NCBI GenBank assembly: GCA_965368975.1
Contig: CBDUPA010000022.1
Span: 1-64,000 of the forward strand
Direction: 5' to 3'
DNA: 64,000 nt
Source: an uncultured bacterium
GTDB lineage: Bacteria; Acidobacteriota; Thermoanaerobaculia; Multivoradales; JAHZIX01
Shown: one piece after another, positions 19,365-26,566 of the stretch
How positions within the stretch are numbered: position 1 is the first letter of the stretch
Layout of the letters: every line of letters starts with the position of its first letter
Position numbers and translations under genes: made by a program
Notes under the pieces: generated by a model
Database searches by the model: none
What the model saw: only the letters and a program-made list of their open reading frames with translations
What the model was told of the DNA's origin: nothing

Positions 19365-19631
19365 TCATGGGGTCTCCAGCTCGATCAACTGATCGGCGGC
19401 GAGTTGGTCGAGCAAGGATCGCAGGTCGCGGCGCAGGCGCTCCGGTGCCACCTCGAATTCGTCCAGCAGCGCGGCCTGGACGGCTTCGACATCCCGCAAC
19501 TCGTCGAGCAACTGCCAGATGCGCGTGCCCACTTCGTCGAGGCCGAAGTACTTCTGGCTGCGCAGGTCGAGCAGCACAGACTCGCCGTCGAGCTCGCGGA
19601 ACAGAACTTGTTGAGAGGGGGTAGCGCGCAT
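19365..19631 (-). CDS. PqqD-family RiPP recognition element (lasso B1-type)
   Basis: About 88 aa; VLFRELDGESVLLDLRSQKYFGLDEVGTRIWQLL...EFEVAPERLRRDLRSLLDQL. Start position uncertain. Confidence 0.88.
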   Translation of the reverse strand: MRATPSQQVLFRELDGESVLLDLRSQKYFGLDEVGTRIWQLLDELRDVEAVQAALLDEFEVAPERLRRDLRSLLDQLAADQLIELETP

Positions 19632-19683
19632 CTGGATCTCCGGCGCCAGTTTAGCAGCCGGCGATGGACGATAATATGACGCC

Positions 19684-20268
19684 ATGTTCCAGATCAAAAG
19701 CCCGTCCCTCCTCCTGCTCGCCGTGACCGTGTTCGTGGGCAGCGTCGCCGTCTTGCAGTTCGGCTGCGCCACCGTGCGGGGTCCCGAACGTCTCGACGGC
19801 TATCGTCAAGCTCTCGACGCCAGCGTCGCCTCGGCTTCCGGTCACCTGGACGCCGAGGCCGCGCGCCAGCGCTTCGCTGCCTTCTATGCCGAGTTCACCC
19901 CCGAGGCCGTGCGCCGCAACGTGCCCGAGGTGTTCGCGCCGGATGCCTACCTCAACGACTACCTGCACGAAGCGCATGGCCGTGAGGCTGTCGCCGCCTA
20001 CCTGAGCCAGGTCGCGGAGGACTTCGTCGACGCGTCCTTCGTCGTCGAGGGAGTGGCGCACAACGACATCGACTACTACTTCCGCTGGACCATGTCGTTC
20101 CGCCTGCGTGGCAACGAGGACGACCCACCCCTGACCTCTCCCGGCGTCTCGCACGTGCGTTTCGACGCCGAGGGCCGCATTCTCTTCGAGGCGGATCATT
20201 GGGACCTCAATGCCGTTTACGAGCGCATCCCGGGGGTGGCGGCAGTCGTGCGCAAGCTACGTCAGTGA
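19684..20268 (+). CDS. SnoaL/NTF2-like exported protein, possibly a lipoprotein
   Basis: Hydrophobic N-terminus ending FGC; FAPDAYLND...HGREAVAAYL, GVSHVRFDAEGRI...DHWD. Confidence 0.75.
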   Translation: MFQIKSPSLLLLAVTVFVGSVAVLQFGCATVRGPERLDGYRQALDASVASASGHLDAEAARQRFAAFYAEFTPEAVRRNVPEVFAPDAYLNDYLHEAHGREAVAAYLSQVAEDFVDASFVVEGVAHNDIDYYFRWTMSFRLRGNEDDPPLTSPGVSHVRFDAEGRILFEADHWDLNAVYERIPGVAAVVRKLRQ

Positions 20269-20338
20269 CCGGTGCCTGGCAGTGATCGGTGCCTTCGCTA
20301 CGTTACGTGTCCGTATCGAAGCTTTCTCACCTTTACGC

Positions 20339-20367
20339 TTGACAGCAGGCGTCATCGTGGTGAAACT
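20339..20367 (+). promoter_or_regulatory. Putative sigma70 promoter of the RiPP-like operon
   Basis: TTGACA-N17-GAAACT, about 80 nt upstream of the precursor ATG. Confidence 0.45.
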
Positions 20368-20447
20368 GAATGGCAAACTCTGATCACCCAACCTGTGTCG
20401 AGTTCCACGGCTCGCCGTGTCTCGATCGCCGTCCTGGAGAGATCGCC

Positions 20448-20768
20448 ATGAGCTGGAACCAAGCCCCCTCCGTACAGCCTGAGACCCCGAACCCGGTCAT
20501 CCCCTCCTACCGCGCCGCCTACGATGGTGCCAAGACAGCCAAGCCGGAAGTGATCACCGAGGTGGCTCCGGAAGTGAAGCCGGAGATCATCACCGAGGTT
20601 GCACCCGAGGTGAAGGGCGAGATCATCACCGAGGTGGCACCGGAAGTGTCCAAGGAGATCAAGCGCAGGCCCGAAGTGATCGTCGAAGTGGCGCCCGAGC
20701 TGTCCCACGAGAAGGTCAAGAAGATCGCCAAGGAAGTGATCGTCGAGGTAGCGCCGGAGACCAAGTAA
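20448..20768 (+). CDS. Putative multi-core RiPP precursor peptide (106 aa) with five E[VI]I[TV]EVAPE repeats
   Basis: GGAGAG RBS; ~30-aa non-repetitive leader, then PEVITEVAPEV, KPEIITEVAPEV, KGEIITEVAPEV, RPEVIVEVAPEL, KEVIVEVAPETK. Repeats vary at synonymous positions. Only 4 nt separate it from the next gene. Confidence 0.75.
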   Translation: MSWNQAPSVQPETPNPVIPSYRAAYDGAKTAKPEVITEVAPEVKPEIITEVAPEVKGEIITEVAPEVSKEIKRRPEVIVEVAPELSHEKVKKIAKEVIVEVAPETK

Positions 20769-20772
20769 CTCC

Positions 20773-23700
20773 ATGGCGGGGGACCGAGAGCGGCTGCTGC
20801 GGCTCTTGCTCCGCCAGGGCATTCTCCATGCATCGCCGACGCAGCCGGTGCGTTCCCGCGACGGAACGCCGGCGCGTTGGATGCTCGATTCTCTCGGCGT
20901 CACGTTGGAGGGAGAGGGGCTGCAGCTGGCCGCGCGGTGCCTGCTGCCCCTGCTCGCTCGTTTCGAAGGCCGGCAGATCGCCACCTTTGGCACCACCGCC
21001 ATCCCGCTGGTCGCCGCCTGTGTCGCGGCCTCGGAGGGCCGCTACCACGGGTTGCTGGTGCGCAAAGAGCGTAAGCCGCACGGCTCTTCCAAGCGCATCG
21101 AGGGCCGCATCGAGCGCGACGAGCCGGTCATCCTGCTCGACGACTCGGTGAGTTCCGGCACCGCCATGACCGACGGGCGGCACCACCTGGAGAAAGCCGG
21201 CCTGTGGGTCGAGGGCGGTGTCTGCCTGGTGCGCTTCGGCTGGGACCGCGGCATCGCGCGCATGATGCAAGACGGCCTGCACATGGAAGCCGTCTTCGAC
21301 ATCTACGACGACGTCATGGCCGGCATGGACGCCGAGCCCGACCCGCTGGCCAATCCCACCAAGGTGTTGCCGGCGATTTGCTGGAGCGCCGAGTCGGCTC
21401 CTGAGGGCCTGCACCCCGCGCACCTGGCGCGCCGTGTCATGGAGCACCGCTTGCGGACCGGCGAGCTGCTACGCCCTCCCGCGACCCTCGACACCAATTA
21501 TGATTCCAGCGGTGGTGCCTACGTCAGCGTACGCGACCGCGAGCAGATCTACCAGCGCTACGGCCGCGAGGGTTTTTGGCACTTTCCTGAAGAGTTATCA
21601 GCGGCTCCGCCCAAGGACGCCATCTCCCCGGTCTTTCAAGAACTCCCCCCTTCCGCGCCGCGCGACGTCGTTCTCGCCGCGCACAAGACCCTCGCCCTGC
21701 TGCCCGAAGGCGAGGAAGGCCTGGCGACGCTCGACCGCAGCCTGCTCGCCGTCACCCTCTTCTCGGCGCTCGAGAGCTGCACCGTAGGCCAGCTCGACAA
21801 CCAGCGCTACGGCATCGTCGTGCGCAGCCGCGAGCGCACCGGCGTCATGGGCGGTGCCTTGCCTCGCATGCCCGGCCTGCGCGACAGCTGGGGCCAGTTC
21901 CAGCACGCGCGCATCAAGAACGGCAAGCTGATCTCCTTCGAGCCCTACGAAGTCCTGCGTCACGACGTCACCAAGCTCGTCGAGCCGGGCGCCCACTGGC
22001 AGCCCACCGGTGTGCCCAGGTCCGCTGAGACACCCTGGTTCGAAGACGCCGACATCGCCGGCCGCGTGGCTTTGAGGGTACGGCAAGTGGCGTTGAGCGA
22101 GATGCTCGGTGAATCGACAGCCAGCTCCGTAGAGCTGCCCAGCTTGCCCGAGACCTTCGACTCAGTGTTCGTTTCCGTCTACGTGCGCGGCCGGCTGCGC
22201 GGGTGTGTCGGTAGCTCGTGTGGGGCGGACGCGGGAGCCAGCCCGGACGAGCTGGAGGCGACGCTGCAGCAGCTCGTGCCCCTGGCCCTCGAAGACGGAC
22301 GCTTCGACGACGACCTACGTCCCGGCTCGGCGCAAGAACTCGCCGTCACCGTGTCCTTGCTGCACCAGCCCTTGACCCTCGGCGTCATGTCGCCGGCAGA
22401 CGTCATGCCACGCATCCGCCTGGGCGAACAGGCGCTCAAGGTGTCGCAGGGCACACGTGAAGGTCTGCTGCTGCCCTTCGTCGCCAGCTCGCGGCACCCG
22501 CTGGCGCACGACTTCGCCGCCGAGGTCATCGACAAAGCCGGCGTCACCCGGCCGCCCTACACCTGGCACCGTTGGGAATGCGCCACCTGGCTGGCGGACG
22601 CGTTTCACGGTGCTTCCGAAGAAAGAATGCACGGAACACCCCGCCAGCTGCGCGGGACGTTTCCACCCATTCCGCCCGGCGACGACTCGCCTGCACAGCG
22701 TGTGCAGCGTCTCACCGACCTCTACGCGCGCTACCTGCTGCGTCACCAGAAGACCGATGAGGAGGACGCCGGCAGCTTCTATTTCCGCTACAAGCCGCAT
22801 CCGAACGTGCTGGTCGACGGCATCGACGTGCCGCGTCTGGCGCACACCGCCTGGACCCTCGCGCGCGCCGCCCGCCTGCTCGATCGAGACGACCTGCGCC
22901 AGGCCACGGATCGTACCGTCGTGCACCTGCTGGCCCTGTGCCGCTGTTTCGACCCCAGCGACGATGCGCATGGCGGCTGGTGGCTCGAGCGTGAGGGCGA
23001 GCAGCCGCACGCGGCCATCGCCGAAGTCGCGTTCCTGCTGCTGGCGCTGTGCGAACGCGCCGACGATGCGGGCCAGCCCCCGGCACCGGAAGAGGTCCGC
23101 ATGGCGCCGCGCCTGGCCGGAACGCTGTGGGCGTCGATCGACCGTCTCGGCTACATCAGCACCCACCGTATCGACCACGGCGGCCCGGGCAGCCTGTCCA
23201 GGGACGACCTCGAGGCGTACCAGAACTTCTATCCCGGCCAGGCGCTGCTCGCCCTCGCCCGCGCCGCCGAACTCGAGATCCACGTACCTGACCCGCGGCG
23301 CCTTGCCGCTGCCTTCCGGCGGTACCGTCATCGCTACCGGCACCAGCACCACTTCGGCCAGGCGTCGTGGCTGGCGCAGGCCTGGGCTGCCTGGGCGCGG
23401 AGCAGTGGCGAGAACCGGGACGCCTACGCCGCCTTCGTCCACCAGATCGTCGATCATGCTCTGGAGCACCAGGTGCAAGCGCCAGAGCAGAGAGACGTCG
23501 GTGCTTTCCTCACTCCCTTGCAGCAGGGCCCCGGCTTCACCAGCGTGCTTTTCTTGGAGGTACTCGCCGCCGCCATGAGCCTGAGCCTCGAGAGCGAAGT
23601 CGACGAGCGCTACCGCCGCGCTTACCACCTCGGCGTCCGCTTTCTCGATACCTTGACGCTGCAAGAGCCCATGCTGCCATTGCTGCCGGCTCCCGAGTGG

Positions 23701-23814
23701 GCGTACGGTGGCGTGCGTCAAGATCCCTACTACGACGAGATCCGCATCGACTTCGTCAGCCACTCACTGTCCGCGCTGCTGTGGTCCCATCCCGCACCCC
23801 AGGAGTCCTCATGA
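20773..23814 (+). CDS. Multidomain protein: orotate-PRTase-like + two AMMECR1-like domains + C-terminal alpha-helical (alpha/alpha toroid-like) domain
   Basis: PyrE-like LLVRKERKPHGSSKRIEG and PRPP-binding loop VILLDDSVSSGTA. AMMECR1 motifs VFVSVYVRGRLRGCVGS, ALEDGRF, GLLLP..KAG, and a divergent copy (GGAYVSV...YGIVVRS...GGALPRMPG). C-terminal GSFYFRY, FYPGQALLAL, GGVR...IRIDFVSH. Confidence 0.75.
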   Translation: MAGDRERLLRLLLRQGILHASPTQPVRSRDGTPARWMLDSLGVTLEGEGLQLAARCLLPLLARFEGRQIATFGTTAIPLVAACVAASEGRYHGLLVRKERKPHGSSKRIEGRIERDEPVILLDDSVSSGTAMTDGRHHLEKAGLWVEGGVCLVRFGWDRGIARMMQDGLHMEAVFDIYDDVMAGMDAEPDPLANPTKVLPAICWSAESAPEGLHPAHLARRVMEHRLRTGELLRPPATLDTNYDSSGGAYVSVRDREQIYQRYGREGFWHFPEELSAAPPKDAISPVFQELPPSAPRDVVLAAHKTLALLPEGEEGLATLDRSLLAVTLFSALESCTVGQLDNQRYGIVVRSRERTGVMGGALPRMPGLRDSWGQFQHARIKNGKLISFEPYEVLRHDVTKLVEPGAHWQPTGVPRSAETPWFEDADIAGRVALRVRQVALSEMLGESTASSVELPSLPETFDSVFVSVYVRGRLRGCVGSSCGADAGASPDELEATLQQLVPLALEDGRFDDDLRPGSAQELAVTVSLLHQPLTLGVMSPADVMPRIRLGEQALKVSQGTREGLLLPFVASSRHPLAHDFAAEVIDKAGVTRPPYTWHRWECATWLADAFHGASEERMHGTPRQLRGTFPPIPPGDDSPAQRVQRLTDLYARYLLRHQKTDEEDAGSFYFRYKPHPNVLVDGIDVPRLAHTAWTLARAARLLDRDDLRQATDRTVVHLLALCRCFDPSDDAHGGWWLEREGEQPHAAIAEVAFLLLALCERADDAGQPPAPEEVRMAPRLAGTLWASIDRLGYISTHRIDHGGPGSLSRDDLEAYQNFYPGQALLALARAAELEIHVPDPRRLAAAFRRYRHRYRHQHHFGQASWLAQAWAAWARSSGENRDAYAAFVHQIVDHALEHQVQAPEQRDVGAFLTPLQQGPGFTSVLFLEVLAAAMSLSLESEVDERYRRAYHLGVRFLDTLTLQEPMLPLLPAPEWAYGGVRQDPYYDEIRIDFVSHSLSALLWSHPAPQESS

Positions 23815-25736
23815 CCGCGCCCCCCATACAGCGCCACGGGCCCCTGCTCGAACTGCGCCCGCAGGACGGCGATGCGTCGCAGCCGGATGTCGACGCCAGC
23901 TTCCCCGTTGCCCTGATCAGCATGCCCACCCTGGCGCCGCACTTCCCGAGCTTCCAGCTGGGCTTGCTCCAACCCACCCTCGAACGCGCCGGCATCGCCG
24001 TCCAGCCCTTCAGTCTCTTCCTCTACTTCGGTGCCCACATCGGCTGGTCCCTCAACGACGCCCTGTCCGCCGTGCGTCCGTGTATGGCCGGCGAGTGGAT
24101 CTGGTCCAAAGCCGCCTTCGGCGAGTTCTCGGATGCCGACGAATACCTGCAGCACTACGCCCGCAACTTCGCCCAGATCTGCCAGGGCGCCGGCTGCACC
24201 CTCGACGACCTGCACCGCGTGCGCGACGAGCAGACCTTCACCTTCCTGGACGCCATGCTCGATGCCGTCGACTGGAGCCGCTTCCAGCTGATCGGTTTCA
24301 CCGTCGTCTTCCAGCAGATGGTCGCCAGCCTCGCCTTCGCCCGCCGCCTCAAAGAGCGCCACCCTGACATTCCGATCATCTTCGGCGGGGCCACCTTCGA
24401 AGACGACATCGCCGAAGGCATCTTCGACGCCAGCCCCTGGATCGACTACATCCACTGCGGCGACGCTGACGACACCTTCCCCGAGCTGGTGCGACGCCTC
24501 AAAGCAGGTGAGTCGATGGACGGCATGACCGGCATCCGCTGGCGTGACCAGGATGGAGTGCCTCAATTCGCTGGCCGTGCCCCCAACCTGCACAATCTCG
24601 ACCAGACCCCGGTGCCGTCCTACGACGAGTACTTCTTCGCCCGCCGTCAGAGCGGCTATGACGCCTACACCCAGGCCAAGGGCTCCATGATCCCCATCGA
24701 AACCGCACGCGGCTGCTGGTGGGGCATGAAGCAGCACTGCACTTTCTGCGGCCTCAACCGCTCTGGCATGCACTTCCGCGCCAAGAGCGTCGACGGCGTG
24801 CTCGACATGCTGGCCGACCTGAGCCGCAAGTACGGCATCCTGCACTTCGACGCCATCGACAACATCATGGCCCCGGAGTACCTAGAGCAGCTCTTCGGCC
24901 AGCTCGCGGACGCTCACACCGACGTCCAGATCCACTACGAAGTGCGGCCCTACCTCAGCCGCGATCAACTGCGCGAACTCAAGCGCGGCGGCCTCTATTC
25001 AGTGCAGCCTGGCATCGAGAGCCTGAACACCCACGTGCTGAAACTGATGCGCAAGCACAGCACCGGCGTCAACAACCTCAGTTTCATGAAGTGGTGCACC
25101 TACTTCGGCATCAACAATCTCTACAACCTGCTGATGGGTTTTCCGGGCGAGACGGTCGAAGACTACGAGCAGCAGCTGGAAGTCATCGCCAAGATCCCCC
25201 ACTTCCAAGCCCCCTACGGCGTCGCCCGTGCCCGTGCCGATCGCGGCTCTCCCATGTACACCGAGCCCGACCAGCACGGCATCCTCAACCTACACCCCAG
25301 CTGGTGCTACCAGCACATCTACCCCCCGGATCGCTACGACCTGGCGAAGGTCTCGTATTACTTCGATCACGAGCTGGACGGTGAGCTGCCCAAGGAGGTC
25401 TATGAGCAGACCTTCAACGCCGTCTACGAGTGGCAAGCCCGCTGGCACTCGCGTCCGCGGCCATCGCTAACGTACTCCAAGAGCTGGAAGACCCTGGTGC
25501 TTTCCGATCAACGCGGATTGCCGGGCCTTCCCACCCGCGTCACCCTACAGAACCGCGCCGCGGACCTCTACGAGTTCTGCCATGAGCCCAAGGGGCTGGC
25601 GTCGGTGGTGCGGCACTTCGAGGGCGATGAAGCCTGGGTCCAGGCGATGCTTGCGGAGCTGTGCGGCATGGACTTGATGATCCACCTGGACGGGCGGTAT
25701 CTGAGCTTGGCGCTGCCGGAGAATCCTTATTACTGA
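23811..25736 (+). CDS. RiPP maturation B12-dependent (class B) radical SAM enzyme, probable C-methyltransferase (PoyC/TIGR03975-like)
   Basis: Start at 23811 (ATGA overlap, AGGAG RBS); VALISMP...PSFQLGLL; B12-binding LIGFTVVFQQ...IIFGGA; ETARGCWWGMKQHCTFCGLN (Cx7Cx2C); DNI; VQPGIES; YNLLMGFPGE. Confidence 0.9.
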   Translation: MTAPPIQRHGPLLELRPQDGDASQPDVDASFPVALISMPTLAPHFPSFQLGLLQPTLERAGIAVQPFSLFLYFGAHIGWSLNDALSAVRPCMAGEWIWSKAAFGEFSDADEYLQHYARNFAQICQGAGCTLDDLHRVRDEQTFTFLDAMLDAVDWSRFQLIGFTVVFQQMVASLAFARRLKERHPDIPIIFGGATFEDDIAEGIFDASPWIDYIHCGDADDTFPELVRRLKAGESMDGMTGIRWRDQDGVPQFAGRAPNLHNLDQTPVPSYDEYFFARRQSGYDAYTQAKGSMIPIETARGCWWGMKQHCTFCGLNRSGMHFRAKSVDGVLDMLADLSRKYGILHFDAIDNIMAPEYLEQLFGQLADAHTDVQIHYEVRPYLSRDQLRELKRGGLYSVQPGIESLNTHVLKLMRKHSTGVNNLSFMKWCTYFGINNLYNLLMGFPGETVEDYEQQLEVIAKIPHFQAPYGVARARADRGSPMYTEPDQHGILNLHPSWCYQHIYPPDRYDLAKVSYYFDHELDGELPKEVYEQTFNAVYEWQARWHSRPRPSLTYSKSWKTLVLSDQRGLPGLPTRVTLQNRAADLYEFCHEPKGLASVVRHFEGDEAWVQAMLAELCGMDLMIHLDGRYLSLALPENPYY

Positions 25737-25789
25737 GTTCGCTCCGGAGGTGTGAAGTGAATATTACTCACCAAGGGTATACCACGCAG

Positions 25790-26566
25790 TCACCTGCCTC
25801 GATTCGTGCCAGCCGGGCAACTCCGTTCCGCCAGATACCGTTCGACGAACTCGAAGTACTCCGGCGACGTGCAGGCGGCGACTTTGCGGCAGGTGGTGTC
25901 GAACTCGAGATGCTGGCTGGCGGCGAAGTCACGGAGCGTGTCGAGTGCCATCAGCATTCCGGGTAGATCTTGGGCTTTGACCGCGGCGGCCGTCAGCGCT
26001 CGTCGCAACGCGACTTCGGGTAACTCTTCGCCAGTGCGCGTGAGCCCGAAGGCATAGGCGGAGATGCGCTGAGCCAGGTGAGGGCGCTGGAGTAGGAAGC
26101 GTTCGGCGGCGTCCTGCGACTCGCGATCGGTGACCAGGTAGTGGTCCAGGAACTCGGCGAAGAGCGAATCGGGCTTCGTCGAGTCGTGAGGCTGCGATCT
26201 GTTCAGCTGACGCAGCATGCCCTGCAGTTTCGCGTCCCGAGCTTGCGGCAGGGTGCTGGGAATCGACGAGCGGTTGCGGAAGTAGGCGAAGCCGATGCCG
26301 CACGCGACGAAGCTGAGAAGGAGGGGCGCGAACCACAGGTCGTTGAGGTCTCGGTTTGTGCCCCAGACGGCGAGTGCGAACAGGAGGGGGAAGGCGAGCA
26401 GACCAGCCAGGGCGATGTTGTTGGCGCGCTGCAAGTCGCGCAGTTGTTCGGGTTGGAGGTGCTGGTTCATCAGCTCCGTGGAGGTTCGCAGGTTGTAACC
26501 GCCCAGGAGGACGAGTGCCGCGTAGACAACATAAGCTCCTATTCCGTACAGCCAGCCTTCCATCAT
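25790..26566 (-). CDS. Hypothetical membrane protein
   Basis: Three hydrophobic segments in the N-terminal half, then a soluble domain; abuts the upstream gene's stop codon. Confidence 0.6.
   Translation of the reverse strand: MMEGWLYGIGAYVVYAALVLLGGYNLRTSTELMNQHLQPEQLRDLQRANNIALAGLLAFPLLFALAVWGTNRDLNDLWFAPLLLSFVACGIGFAYFRNRSSIPSTLPQARDAKLQGMLRQLNRSQPHDSTKPDSLFAEFLDHYLVTDRESQDAAERFLLQRPHLAQRISAYAFGLTRTGEELPEVALRRALTAAAVKAQDLPGMLMALDTLRDFAASQHLEFDTTCRKVAACTSPEYFEFVERYLAERSCPAGTNRGR

Noticed and set aside
20370-20447. Longer 132-aa version of the precursor
   Set aside because: That ATG has no RBS and lies 2 nt after the putative -10 box; GGAGAG precedes the ATG at 20448.
20540-20765. 36-bp-period repeats as a CRISPR array or non-coding VNTR
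   Set aside because: The repeats vary at synonymous positions, keep one reading frame, have no unique spacers, and no cas genes are present; they are coding repeats.
18866-20768. A canonical lasso peptide cluster
   Set aside because: There is no asparagine-synthetase-like cyclase, and the repeat peptide does not fit lasso precursor rules (no clear YxxPxL leader motif or single ring-forming core).
20773-21330. Calling the fusion protein housekeeping pyrE
   Set aside because: The PRTase-like part is under a fifth of the protein, its N-terminal substrate region is divergent, and the context is a peptide/rSAM operon.
23367-23810. N-terminal 148 aa of the 789-aa radical SAM ORF
   Set aside because: It overlaps the upstream gene and reads as shadow-frame text; the real start is the ATGA overlap at 23811. 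The same logic was applied to purK, the sigma54 RR, SWIM, DUF58 and the TonB receptor.
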